From: a virus
Taxonomy: Duplodnaviria; Caudoviricetes
Length of the DNA: 53,279 nucleotides
Virus record (IMG/VR): IMGVR_UViG_3300032288_006150
Coordinates: 1 to 53,279 of that record
Strand: one strand, 5' to 3'
Position numbers and translations under genes: made by a program. The notes under the pieces were generated by a model. That model did not search any database. It had not been told where the DNA came from and saw only the letters and a list, made by a program, of their open reading frames with translations. Below are positions 38,052 to 47,440 of the stretch, piece after piece; position 1 is the first letter of the stretch; every line of letters begins with the position of its first letter.

Positions 38052-38888
38052 TTATCTCAAATCATCTAAAACGTTCTTTACATCACCTGGTGTTTTAATA
38101 TCGGCAGGTGGTTTAGCCCCGGTGGCACCTCCTCCTGACAATATATCAGTCAGTGCTTGTTGCATAAACTTAGCTCCTGGATTATCAGGTGCATCACCAA
38201 GTCCTGATCCTACTGTGTTATCGTCTGGATAAGCATCCTGACCTGTTAAAGGTGAAAGCTTAGAGGCTTCCCCTGTTAATGCTTTAGAAATATCAGTTTC
38301 AAACTCGGGGGTTCTTGTATTTTTAAAATAATCAATAAATCCAACTAAATTTGTACCGTCTATCTTTCTTTTATTTGTTCCCACTCTATTTCCCTCTCCG
38401 CTCAGCTGATCGTTGGTGTTACCTTCCATTGAGGTGAATGTTCTGGCTTTTTCATCCACTGCAACCACTATACCGGTGTGTCCTAGTCCTTTTCCTGGAC
38501 GGGTCATGATAAAAATCTGTCCAGGACGGATTAAACTTGGATTAGATTTAACTTGATCTATAGAAATCTTTGCATCCGTTGGTGCTTGACTCCAGTGATT
38601 CATACAGCCTCCAGTTTTAACAATCGTATTGGGTTTACCCAATCTTTTGCAAACCTCATCAAAGATGTAGTAAACAAAGCTCATGCACCAGGGTAATCCT
38701 GGGGAAAGACCAACAGATTGTAAATATTTATTTACCTCTGGTCCTTTGTTGCTACCTTTTGGCGATTCTTCTACGTCTTTATTAGCTGCTAAAACCCCAG
38801 CAAAAGTCTCACCATCAGTAGATGGATTCCCAAGTGGTATTTGCTGAGCTTCTTGTAAAAAGCCTTTAAAATCTTTAATTCTTTTCAT
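38052..38888 (-). CDS. CHAP-domain peptidoglycan amidase/peptidase with leader
   Basis: PWCMSFV, GHTGIV, EGNT. Confidence 0.85.
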   Translation of the reverse strand: MKRIKDFKGFLQEAQQIPLGNPSTDGETFAGVLAANKDVEESPKGSNKGPEVNKYLQSVGLSPGLPWCMSFVYYIFDEVCKRLGKPNTIVKTGGCMNHWSQAPTDAKISIDQVKSNPSLIRPGQIFIMTRPGKGLGHTGIVVAVDEKARTFTSMEGNTNDQLSGEGNRVGTNKRKIDGTNLVGFIDYFKNTRTPEFETDISKALTGEASKLSPLTGQDAYPDDNTVGSGLGDAPDNPGAKFMQQALTDILSGGGATGAKPPADIKTPGDVKNVLDDLR

Positions 38889-38889
38889 A

Positions 38890-39207
38890 TTATTTAGGTG
38901 TTACGTCTTTTATTCTTTGTAGAATTTGGTCCCCTGTTAATTTCGTATATAAATCAGGTTGGGCTTCCTTAATGTCCTGTAAGATTTCTTGTACGAAGTG
39001 TAGGAGTACAACTGAATTTGTGGGTTGGTCGGGTTTAGCTTTCTTTTTTAAAAAGGGTGTTAATTCTGACATAGATCCAGAATCAGCGCTCTTTGTGACC
39101 AATCCTAAATACTCAGCAACAATCGGATATCTCGGAGCTCCTGAAAATGTCCTAGTTCGGATCTGAGCTTCTTGCTCAAATATTGAGAAATCTTCTATGT
39201 GCTTCAT
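38890..39207 (-). CDS. Hypothetical protein with MKHIEDFSIFE leader
   Basis: ORF track; AATATATAC upstream. Confidence 0.75.
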   Translation of the reverse strand: MKHIEDFSIFEQEAQIRTRTFSGAPRYPIVAEYLGLVTKSADSGSMSELTPFLKKKAKPDQPTNSVVLLHFVQEILQDIKEAQPDLYTKLTGDQILQRIKDVTPK

Positions 39208-39261
39208 ATTGTATATATTATCGAGGAAATCATTTTTTATTTGATCTATCTATCCTCAAAG

Positions 39262-39285
39262 AAAAACCAGACCTAAGTCTGGTTT
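39262..39285 (-). terminator. Intrinsic terminator
   Basis: AAACCAGAC-TTAG-GTCTGGTTTTT on the minus strand. Confidence 0.7.
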
Positions 39286-39288
39286 AAA

Positions 39289-39363
39289 TTAATCAGTTTC
39301 ACATTTGGCAATGTACCAAATAATAATCACAGCAATCAAAATGCAGAGAATTCCGGCAATCAT
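39289..39363 (-). CDS. 24-aa membrane micropeptide (not in ORF track)
   Basis: MIAGILCILIAVIIIWYIAKCETD; ATGA overlap with the hldD stop; terminator directly after. Confidence 0.5.
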   Translation of the reverse strand: MIAGILCILIAVIIIWYIAKCETD

Positions 39364-40340
39364 TCGTTCAATAAATATTTAGAAACGTAATCGTCAACAC
39401 CTTCTTCTAGAGTCATAAATTTTCTATTGTACCCAACACCTCTTAATTTGTTCATTTCAGCTTTAGTAAAGTACTGATATTTAGATCTTAGCTTTTCCGG
39501 CATTTCTATGAATTTGATGTTTGGCTTCATGGATAATGATTTAAAGAGAGCATTAGAAAGATCTAAAAAACTTCTGGGTTTTCCAGTTCCTAGGTTAAAT
39601 AATCCATTGTCAATTCCCACCCAATTACCGGATATCATCATTACCATAATCCAGTATATAACGTTCACTACATCATCCACATAAATAAAATCCCTTACTT
39701 GTTCACCGTCTTTAAAATTGGGATTATAACTTTTAAAAAGTTCGATAGCACCAGTTTCTTTGATCTGATTGAATCCGTGCCATACCACGGAAGCCATCCT
39801 TTCCTTATGTGCTTCCCCTGGCCCATAAACATTAAAGAACTTCAGACCTACCCAATTTTTAGGTGAGTATGGATTTTCAATTGCCCAGAGGTCAAAATCA
39901 TTCTTACTTTGTCCGTAGGGATTAAGCGGTTTTAAATTGGGAATTAATTCTGGTGTGTCTGAATATCCCAAACCTCCATCACCATAGGTAGCTGCAGAGG
40001 AAGCATAGATCAAAGGGATATTTTTCTGACTACAAAAATCCCAAATGGTTTTAGAATATTCAACATTCCATTTTCTATGTACTTCATAATCTAGTTCTAA
40101 TGTGTCTGTTCTAGCTCCTAAATGAATCACAGCTAATATTTCAAGACTGCTATTTAAAAGACCAGATATGTCGCTTCTGTCAATTCTTTCAAGACATTTA
40201 AGTCCTGCCCAATTGGATGTTTTGGAGGCATCCGAAAAATCGTCCACAAGAATTAGATTTTCCATTCCCAATTCATTGAGTTTTTTTGCAAATCTAGTAG
40301 CAATAAAACCTGCAGCTCCTGTTATTACAATATAAGGCAT
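39360..40340 (-). CDS. hldD: ADP-L-glycero-D-manno-heptose 6-epimerase
   Basis: ITGAAGFIA, HLGA, YASSAATYG, PLNPYGQSK, FFNVYGPGEAHK, YQYFTKA; start moved to MPYIV. Confidence 0.92.
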   Translation of the reverse strand: MPYIVITGAAGFIATRFAKKLNELGMENLILVDDFSDASKTSNWAGLKCLERIDRSDISGLLNSSLEILAVIHLGARTDTLELDYEVHRKWNVEYSKTIWDFCSQKNIPLIYASSAATYGDGGLGYSDTPELIPNLKPLNPYGQSKNDFDLWAIENPYSPKNWVGLKFFNVYGPGEAHKERMASVVWHGFNQIKETGAIELFKSYNPNFKDGEQVRDFIYVDDVVNVIYWIMVMMISGNWVGIDNGLFNLGTGKPRSFLDLSNALFKSLSMKPNIKFIEMPEKLRSKYQYFTKAEMNKLRGVGYNRKFMTLEEGVDDYVSKYLLNE

Positions 40341-40419
40341 GTCTTTCCGTTTATCCAAATATAAAACAAAATCACGCAAATCAGAAACGATTCTCGCGAT
40401 TCTTTTATACATTGCAGTT

Positions 40420-40569
40420 ATGCAAAAATACGAATATAAAATATTACCCTTCCTTTACACTGAGCTCGAAGATCTAGAGCTGATCCTTAAAGCAATGGGC
40501 AATAAGGGATGGGAATTGGCTGCTATCCGGGATAATTATTACATCTTCAAAAGACCTCAGAGTAATTAA
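40420..40569 (+). CDS. DUF4177-like small protein
   Basis: KYEYK...MGNKGWEL...FKRP; start moved to MQKYEY. Confidence 0.7.
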   Translation: MQKYEYKILPFLYTELEDLELILKAMGNKGWELAAIRDNYYIFKRPQSN

Positions 40570-40594
40570 TATATAGTGCAAATAAAATCACTAT

Positions 40595-40729
40595 ATGGGA
40601 ACAGCAGCTCCAAAGCCAAAGCCAATGAGATCTCGCAGATCCGGCAAAAAATCTTCCAAGCGATATCAAGCTAACGTGGAGATTATTAATCGACTGATTA
40701 AAGAATCTAAAGCCAACAAAAAAGCCTAA
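40595..40729 (+). CDS. 44-aa basic peptide (not in ORF track)
   Basis: MGTAAPKPKPMRSRRSGKKSSKRYQANVEIINRLIKESKANKKA; AATATATAG upstream, terminator downstream. Confidence 0.65.
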   Translation: MGTAAPKPKPMRSRRSGKKSSKRYQANVEIINRLIKESKANKKA

Positions 40730-40750
40730 GCATTAGCTCAGGCTTTTTTT
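40718..40750. terminator. Bidirectional intrinsic terminator
   Basis: AAAAAAGCCT...AGGCTTTTTTT between convergent genes. Confidence 0.7.
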
Positions 40751-40766
40751 ATGAAAAAATTATGAT

Positions 40767-41069
40767 TTAATATTCTCCTCCGTTAAAAAGACCTTGGGTC
40801 ACGATGGGATTTCCCATTTGCTGGGAAAATGCTTCAAGATCCTCAATTTTTCCTATTAAAGTGTATCCATATTCATCTACTCTTGGATCTCCATTAGGTA
40901 AAGAAGCCACTTTTAGACCTAAAGCACCAAGTTCAGATTCGTCAGGTAGCTCTCCGTGAAAATCTGCAAAGGCTATTGGGGAATCTGATGTTTCTCCTCC
41001 TGCTGGCTGATCCATTGGCATTTGTGACTCTCCATCCATCCAGCTTTCGAATAATTTTATGTGTTTCAT
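40767..41069 (-). CDS. Hypothetical protein with MKHIKLFESW leader
   Basis: ORF track. Confidence 0.75.
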   Translation of the reverse strand: MKHIKLFESWMDGESQMPMDQPAGGETSDSPIAFADFHGELPDESELGALGLKVASLPNGDPRVDEYGYTLIGKIEDLEAFSQQMGNPIVTQGLFNGGEY

Positions 41070-41095
41070 CTGGTATTATTTATTTTATATATCAA

Positions 41096-41467
41096 TCAAT
41101 TGCTGGAATATCTGCTCCATTTTTTATTAATCCAATAGTAAAAGTAGTATCCCAGCCCTTCTAAAGTCTCCGCTGTATCTAAATTATCCCAAATAACATC
41201 TTCTATATCAATTTCATTTATGTATTCCCCCTCCTGGCCTTTTAAATTCTCCAGTTTGGTCACTGCATCTTGAAGCTTTTGCATCAGGGGTAGAGCTAAA
41301 TGATAGTTTTCGGCAGGTCCTTTTATTTGACTATGAATGGCTTCCCGGTCTCCTCTGGGGCTTGCCTCAGTATATTTAATCTCAAAGGTCTTGTACAAAT
41401 CAAAGAGATCCCTAGCCATATCAGGTAGGTCGTCCTCATAATTCTCATAAAGAAGGAGATGTTTCAT
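41096..41467 (-). CDS. Hypothetical protein with MKHLLLYENY leader
   Basis: ORF track; AATATATAA upstream. Confidence 0.75.
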   Translation of the reverse strand: MKHLLLYENYEDDLPDMARDLFDLYKTFEIKYTEASPRGDREAIHSQIKGPAENYHLALPLMQKLQDAVTKLENLKGQEGEYINEIDIEDVIWDNLDTAETLEGLGYYFYYWINKKWSRYSSN

Positions 41468-41505
41468 CTTATCCTTATATATTCATGGGAAATGTTTCAT
41501 TCTTA

Positions 41506-41539
41506 CATTTTTTTGTTTCGAAAGATCCCTGTATATTTG
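41506..41539 (+). promoter_or_regulatory. CATTT-N8-CG-N11-TATATTTG promoter
   Basis: Exact consensus on the plus strand, 5 nt before the ATG at 41545. Confidence 0.7.
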
Positions 41540-41544
41540 GATCT

Positions 41545-42168
41545 ATGCAAAGATTTATGTTAATTATTTTCTGCTTGGCGTCAATTAGAGCAAATTCGCA
41601 GGTAGTAATTATTGGGGGGGATCTTATCAGAGCAGGGGATCTTATAGACAATAGAATAGTCTACGATAATAAACTTGGATGGAGAATAGATTGTAAAAAA
41701 CTAGAGGATATTATTAGCTCGGATTTAAATAGGTTCAGAAGGAAAAACAATCTTAATAGATTAAAGATTTCAGAGAGATGCGACAGTGTGGCTAGAGAAC
41801 AAACGAGATACATGGTAAAGAGCGGCAATTTTTCACACGAGAGAGATTCATTAAATTTCACGCAAAGAATAAGACTAGTCATAGGAAAGGGGCACTTTGG
41901 GGAAAATCTATTTCATGAAGAAACCCCTGCTCCCTTAGATCTTTACAGAGAAAATTACGAGAAGATAAAATCGAAGTATCCGGGATTTAATTTTATATGG
42001 GAAGCAGATAGGGCAACATACACTTTGCTTGCAAATGAGATCATAAAAAAGTGGATTGATTCTCCTTCTCATTATAAGAATTTGATCAATCCACTTTGGA
42101 ATTATTTTTCGGTTCGCTCAGTTTCGACAGGTAAAGAAATTTATGTTACCCTTGTCTTTGAAGAATGA
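41545..42168 (+). CDS. Exported CAP/SCP-domain protein
   Basis: LNRFR...FSH...GENL...WIDSPSHYKNL; start moved to MQRFML. Confidence 0.8.
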   Translation: MQRFMLIIFCLASIRANSQVVIIGGDLIRAGDLIDNRIVYDNKLGWRIDCKKLEDIISSDLNRFRRKNNLNRLKISERCDSVAREQTRYMVKSGNFSHERDSLNFTQRIRLVIGKGHFGENLFHEETPAPLDLYRENYEKIKSKYPGFNFIWEADRATYTLLANEIIKKWIDSPSHYKNLINPLWNYFSVRSVSTGKEIYVTLVFEE

Positions 42169-42190
42169 TTAAAACTTAGAATAAACAATT

Positions 42191-43480
42191 TTACCAAAAC
42201 TTAGGACAAGCCATGCTGCCCCAATTTTTCTTACTTTCCAGTTTGTAAAATAACATGTTCCAATCAATATTAAGCCTAATTTTTAGCTTAAATTTAGGTT
42301 TTTTATGAGCTGTAATCGTTACAAAAAAAGCTTTTTCCTTAACCTCTATTGGTTTTTCAGGATCTATCTTAATTGGTTCTGGTTTAGTTTCCGCACCCTT
42401 AACAGGTTCTTCCTTTTTAGTGTCATTAAAAATTATCCCAGCTTCTACAGAAACTTTCTGATATTTCTTCAGAGCTTGTTTATTTGCGTCAGTTTTATCC
42501 CATTCTTCACCAGACGTACCAGTTAAATCTGTTCCAACAGGCTGGGATGCATAAGCAACTGTGGATTTTTTACCTGCATTGGTACCTTTAGTTGATTTTT
42601 CTATTTTGGTGTCACCATCAATTAGTACACCAATCTTAGCTAATTCTTCTTTTAAATACTTAATTGTAGATTCTGCTCTAAGATCCGAGAGTTCAGCAAA
42701 AGTATGTTTCTTTTTATCCTCAGGAGAAACCCCGTTTGGAATAGTAGAAGAAGAGGTTGTAACCTTCAAAGAATTAAGATAGGATTTAGGTTTGCCGTCT
42801 GGTGGATTTAATTTAGAGATTGCTTCCTTGGAAGGATTTATCACATTTTCATTTAACCACGTTTTAAATTTCTCAGAAAGTGTCCAGCTATTAAACTCAA
42901 AGAAATCTGAAGTGTCGATATCTTGAGGAATTTCTAGTTTAACTTCTGGATATAATATCGGAGGGGTGCCAGATGATTTAGGATCTGTTGATTCCCCAGG
43001 AGTCCCTGTGGTTCCTCTATTATTATAAAAATCAGCAGCATATATTTTTAAATTCTTACCTAGATCTAATGGTGCGGTTCTCTGTACTGGATCATCTTTA
43101 TATTCCTTTGGAAATTTATCATGAGTTGCAAACACAACAAACATAGCATATTTCTCGGGGAATTTCTCTTTAAAGTTTTCAAGTACTGTTCTTGATTCAT
43201 CATCAGCAATAGCTGCTTGAACCCTTTTTTCGCATTTAGCAAATCCGTCTGTCTCCATCCAGTCTAAAAGACTCATATCTTGGGTTAGACCTTTTGCTGA
43301 TGGATATTCACCAGTTGCTCTGTAATTATTAAATCCTTTCAATGATTCAAACCCAAATTTACCTGCTCCACTAGCATCAACATCGTTTGCTTTGAATCCC
43401 CATACATAGTAAGAGGTTAGGTTTTGTTCATTAATCGAATCTGGATCCTTCCATGATTTAAATTCTACTAAATACTTCAT
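42191..43480 (-). CDS. Hypothetical protein with leader; possible degenerate OmpA-like domain
   Basis: MKYLVEF...INE start; FEFNSWTL and LSDLRAES..YL motifs. Confidence 0.65.
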   Translation of the reverse strand: MKYLVEFKSWKDPDSINEQNLTSYYVWGFKANDVDASGAGKFGFESLKGFNNYRATGEYPSAKGLTQDMSLLDWMETDGFAKCEKRVQAAIADDESRTVLENFKEKFPEKYAMFVVFATHDKFPKEYKDDPVQRTAPLDLGKNLKIYAADFYNNRGTTGTPGESTDPKSSGTPPILYPEVKLEIPQDIDTSDFFEFNSWTLSEKFKTWLNENVINPSKEAISKLNPPDGKPKSYLNSLKVTTSSSTIPNGVSPEDKKKHTFAELSDLRAESTIKYLKEELAKIGVLIDGDTKIEKSTKGTNAGKKSTVAYASQPVGTDLTGTSGEEWDKTDANKQALKKYQKVSVEAGIIFNDTKKEEPVKGAETKPEPIKIDPEKPIEVKEKAFFVTITAHKKPKFKLKIRLNIDWNMLFYKLESKKNWGSMACPKFW

Positions 43481-43516
43481 GATTTTCTTATTTCCCTTAT
43501 ATATCATTAGAACCAC

Positions 43517-43948
43517 TTAAAGCTGTTCCATCGAAGTGATTTCGTCACCCATAGTGATAGCATCTAAGACATCCAATCCTTGAGACAGCTTACCAAAGCA
43601 AGTGTGATTGCGATCTAGGTGTTGAGTGTTCTGACGATTGTGACAGATAAAGAATTGACTACCTCCGGTGTTGCGTCCAGCATGAGCCATCGAAAGTACA
43701 CCCCGATCATGATATTGTAGATCCCCTCCAGTCTCACAAGGGATGTTCCATCCTGGTCCGCCGTCGCCTCTTTTATTGGGGCATCCCCCTTGAATCACAA
43801 AATTAGGAATCACTCGATGAAAGTTCAATCCATTATAAAAACCAGAATTAACTAGCTTGAGAAAATTGGCAACAGTACCCGGTGCAGCTTCATCGTAAAG
43901 ATCTGCAATCATTTCACCCTTAGGTGTAGTAATTTTAACTTGAGACAT
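43517..43948 (-). CDS. Cyclophilin-type peptidyl-prolyl isomerase
   Basis: FHRVIPNFVIQGG, LSMAHAG, GGSQFFI, HLD..HTCFG. Confidence 0.95.
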   Translation of the reverse strand: MSQVKITTPKGEMIADLYDEAAPGTVANFLKLVNSGFYNGLNFHRVIPNFVIQGGCPNKRGDGGPGWNIPCETGGDLQYHDRGVLSMAHAGRNTGGSQFFICHNRQNTQHLDRNHTCFGKLSQGLDVLDAITMGDEITSMEQL

Positions 43949-43963
43949 AGTAGTGTATTTTAT

Positions 43964-44539
43964 TTATTTTAAATCATAATATTCTGCGACTTCTTCTAAT
44001 TGTTTAGGATCAGCTAGCCACATCTCCCAATCGTCAGGAGCCACTTCTTTTTCAACCACATTCAAATAGAAGGTCTTAGGAGTGAAAGGAAAGGATTTAA
44101 TCCAACCAGAAGGACGCATCATTAACTCCCTGTTACCTGTGAGATAATCTTCTTCGGTTCTCCAGAAACCTCCATGCCAACGAGATCCATCCGGACATTC
44201 CTTAATAATCGCTTCAATGAAATAAGCTCTTCCATGAGAATCTTTAAACACCCGACTATCTCGCAAATTCTGATATTCCATTGATTCATCCGCTCCAACT
44301 CGTCCCCATTCATCATCCTCACCAGTCAATGGGGCAATCGTTTCAAACAGACAAAGTTTTCGAACTGCAGAGGAAAGAGCTGATGCCACATAAGGAGCAG
44401 AACCCCCGCTTTGACCACTTTGACCAAATTTTTCACACAGAGCTAGCAACTCGTCTTTGAATTCTAGGATCAGTGCATCCGGAACAGTCTGAGCCAGGAT
44501 CTCTAATTCCCGTTGAGCGTGGGATTGAGTATTAGTCAT
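43964..44539 (-). CDS. Hypothetical phage protein
   Basis: GQSGGSA, PLTGEDDEW, YQNLR..RVFK. Confidence 0.75.
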   Translation of the reverse strand: MTNTQSHAQRELEILAQTVPDALILEFKDELLALCEKFGQSGQSGGSAPYVASALSSAVRKLCLFETIAPLTGEDDEWGRVGADESMEYQNLRDSRVFKDSHGRAYFIEAIIKECPDGSRWHGGFWRTEEDYLTGNRELMMRPSGWIKSFPFTPKTFYLNVVEKEVAPDDWEMWLADPKQLEEVAEYYDLK

Positions 44540-44615
44540 ATTATTTTTATTTGTTTATAGAGGGTAATTCTCTAAAAGATTCAAAAAATTCTCACATTAA
44601 GTCCCGACAAGAGTC

Positions 44616-44644
44616 CACAAAAAACCCAGCTAATCAGCTGGGTT
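44616..44644 (-). terminator. Intrinsic terminator with TTTTTTGTG tail
   Basis: AACCCAGCTGATTAGCTGGGTTTTTTGTG. Confidence 0.75.
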
Positions 44645-44653
44645 AAAAAAAAA

Positions 44654-45022
44654 TTAAAAAGTTTCTTTGGAAGACTGGAGTTTTAATAAAGCATTGAAGA
44701 GAGATTCCACTTCTTCCTCGATATTATGCAGATCTAATTCTTTGCCTTGATAGAGAATTTCTTGTTCATTGCGGTTCACTGTCACGGGATTGCTATTGAT
44801 CCAAGCAATCACCACTCCTGGTTGGATCTCTCTGATGTTACTAACCCAGTCATACTGATAATCATCTCTGATGTAACGATAGATGGTTGCTAGAGATTTG
44901 CGATCGGCCTCGCTCTCAAAACCCATTGAGTGCTTAGCACCCTTAGCTAAACGCGAAAATAAGCCAGCTGGCTTTTTCATGGGTCCGGTTTGGAAGTCTT
45001 CAAAAATTTGAATGTGTTTCAT
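44654..45022 (-). CDS. Hypothetical protein with MKHIQIFEDF leader
   Basis: ORF track. Confidence 0.75.
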   Translation of the reverse strand: MKHIQIFEDFQTGPMKKPAGLFSRLAKGAKHSMGFESEADRKSLATIYRYIRDDYQYDWVSNIREIQPGVVIAWINSNPVTVNRNEQEILYQGKELDLHNIEEEVESLFNALLKLQSSKETF

Positions 45023-45027
45023 TGTAG

Positions 45028-45273
45028 TTAATTAGATTTAAGTCCGCACATGGTAAAAAACTCGGAGTAATCGAAATCGATATTCTCTCGTTTAAACTGA
45101 CGGATCATGTGGTCGGCAATTTCTTGACGGTTAGTCAAGTCCTTTACCCTTTTAATAAGATCAATAATCCCATATACCATGCCTTGCTGATCTTGATCTA
45201 GATCTTGATCGATTTTGGGATTACCTGTGATCTCCTCGTTCAGAAAGGAAGTATAGGGATGTAAGTGTTGCAT
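45028..45273 (-). CDS. Hypothetical protein with MQHLHPYTSFLNE leader
   Basis: ORF track. Confidence 0.7.
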   Translation of the reverse strand: MQHLHPYTSFLNEEITGNPKIDQDLDQDQQGMVYGIIDLIKRVKDLTNRQEIADHMIRQFKRENIDFDYSEFFTMCGLKSN

Positions 45274-45281
45274 AATTTTTT

Positions 45282-45770
45282 TTAGATTTTACGGAAACCG
45301 CAGCCTCCTCCATAACTGGGATTATAAATGATGTCATGTAAAGCCTCGGTGTTAGTATCTCTATATCCTTCATTCACATACCAATCGTAGCAGGCATCGT
45401 ACACAAGACCCTGTAGGGTCTCAATGAATTCTTCCAGATCATTGAATTCTCCAGCTAGGGATTGGATTTTCTCCTCGTTGAAAACTTCGTCAATTTCGTC
45501 GCAGAAACCAGAATCTGCCAATACAAATTTACCCTCGATGAGATGTTGCAGAAGAGTTTCTTCCACCTCTTCATAATCGAGAATGTCTCTAACTATTATT
45601 TCCAAAGGATAAATCTTCCAATTGCCGGGATTGCCTCCATCAGCCGTGGGTTCACAGGAGGTAACATAAATTTTGTAATTGCTAACACCCACAATCCCAA
45701 ATGAACCTGCTGCCAGTAGATCCTCTCTTTCCTGATCTGAAAAATTTTCAAAGAGTTTAAGATATCTCAT
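45282..45770 (-). CDS. Acidic hypothetical protein with MRYLKLFENF leader
   Basis: ORF track; AATATATAA upstream. Confidence 0.75.
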   Translation of the reverse strand: MRYLKLFENFSDQEREDLLAAGSFGIVGVSNYKIYVTSCEPTADGGNPGNWKIYPLEIIVRDILDYEEVEETLLQHLIEGKFVLADSGFCDEIDEVFNEEKIQSLAGEFNDLEEFIETLQGLVYDACYDWYVNEGYRDTNTEALHDIIYNPSYGGGCGFRKI

Positions 45771-45802
45771 GATACCTTTATATATTCAAGCCAGGAATTT
45801 AA

Positions 45803-46342
45803 TTAAGGTAACAATTGCAAACGAATGCGGCGAGCTAAATCTGCCTGTTGAGCGAAAGCTTCTTGCTCCCAAGGACGTTCATTGTAAGTCATTTGCAGAA
45901 CATCATAGGGTACACCTAGCCAAAGCACCTCAGTGGTGTTACCTACAACTAAGCGTCCCTTTTGATACTGAGCCAGATGTAACAGTTCATGAGCCATGAT
46001 CTCAATCGCACGGGAACGTCCCAGATCTTTATTAACACAAATAGTATAACCCTCCATCCACTCGGCAATGTAAGCTTCCAATTCCATGCCTTCACTGGAT
46101 TCAAACCGACTGCGCATGCGTTCATTCATCGGTTGGATCAGCACCGGGGTGCCTTTGACATTCAGTTCATCCAGACCCACGCTGACCACGGTGTCTAGAT
46201 AAGTCCAGGTGGTAGTGTTCGTGATTTCGTTGTTACCTGATAGGACAACAGGTTCATAAACCTGAGGCTTGGCGGAATTTAGCAGCCAGATAAGCCAACC
46301 TAACAGAAGTAGGACGGCGAGAACGAGGAGGATCTTTTTCAT
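45803..46342 (-). CDS. Membrane-anchored HExxH metallopeptidase-like protein
   Basis: N-terminal TM; AHELLHLAQ; YNERPWEQEA. Confidence 0.75.
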   Translation of the reverse strand: MKKILLVLAVLLLLGWLIWLLNSAKPQVYEPVVLSGNNEITNTTTWTYLDTVVSVGLDELNVKGTPVLIQPMNERMRSRFESSEGMELEAYIAEWMEGYTICVNKDLGRSRAIEIMAHELLHLAQYQKGRLVVGNTTEVLWLGVPYDVLQMTYNERPWEQEAFAQQADLARRIRLQLLP

Positions 46343-46359
46343 ATCCCTATTTATCCGGG

Positions 46360-47436
46360 TTAAAAGAATTCGCCTAGAATCGGAGCGTATTTCACACCCT
46401 CAGCATCTGGGTGATTGTCCACATAGGCTTGCCAGATTTCAGGGATGGCATTTCGAATTGTTTTGGCTTGAGCGAAGGTGAATTCTCGACCTTGCATAGC
46501 TTTCAGAATCACATCATTAAAATCACCTAGAGATTGGCCGGATGCAACATTCTTTAGCACCTCCGCCCCTATTTGACGAATTAAATACCATCGATCTAGC
46601 ACACCCTGATCATTTTTCCAAAAACTATTTTCTTTATCCACCAGGGCCTTGTGTAATTTTTTACTCGACCAAACACTATCGGCAAAAGCAGATAAACCTC
46701 CGTCTTCTCCCCCGATATCTATGGTTATTCCAGTGTAGTCAATACTACTTTTTAAAATGGGATAAGGATGCAACTTGATGGCAACACCATAGGTCAGAGC
46801 GTTTTTTAAATAATTATTACCTTCTAGTTCCTCAGGGGAAAAGAAAATTTGGACTAAAGCAGAATCATCCGAGAACAATTGATAATATTGCTGAGTTTTA
46901 TATTGAAGCATCTTCAGTCCTAGCAATTGCAAAGCAGGATACCATTTAGGCAACTTTATAAATTGATCCGCACTCACAATAGGGGTTTTCATCCCTCGAT
47001 GCATGATCTCAACGCTCTTGTCTCGGAGGTCCGCGATTCCTAACGCCTGCCCGGCAAACTCACTGAGGTTGGCATTAACTAGATCTCGGAATGCTTCCAT
47101 GTTCATGCCCTTGGGACGGATAGACGTGCTGTTTAGCAGAAAATCCATCCAACAACCACGCAGACACTCCTCGAGAGTGGGATGAACCCCCTGGCCATAA
47201 ACTCGACCAGTGGCTAACACCCAATGCTCCCAAGATCCGTCCGCCCTTTGTTGAATATAAGTGCGACCTCGTAAACCTTCAATGACTAACTTGCCTTTCG
47301 AGTCCACTCGGTAACGGTTATTACAAACCGCAGCTAAGTCCTGACCCTCCACGGTGTTCTGCATCGCATTCATCAGAATGTCTTCTAGAGGATGTTTCTT
47401 AGCTTCATACAGACCAAAGGCTTTTAAATATCTCAT
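46360..47436 (-). CDS. Hypothetical protein with MRYLKAFGLYE leader
   Basis: Start moved to the ATG following GATATATAA. Confidence 0.7.
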   Translation of the reverse strand: MRYLKAFGLYEAKKHPLEDILMNAMQNTVEGQDLAAVCNNRYRVDSKGKLVIEGLRGRTYIQQRADGSWEHWVLATGRVYGQGVHPTLEECLRGCWMDFLLNSTSIRPKGMNMEAFRDLVNANLSEFAGQALGIADLRDKSVEIMHRGMKTPIVSADQFIKLPKWYPALQLLGLKMLQYKTQQYYQLFSDDSALVQIFFSPEELEGNNYLKNALTYGVAIKLHPYPILKSSIDYTGITIDIGGEDGGLSAFADSVWSSKKLHKALVDKENSFWKNDQGVLDRWYLIRQIGAEVLKNVASGQSLGDFNDVILKAMQGREFTFAQAKTIRNAIPEIWQAYVDNHPDAEGVKYAPILGEFF

Positions 47437-47440
47437 TGTG

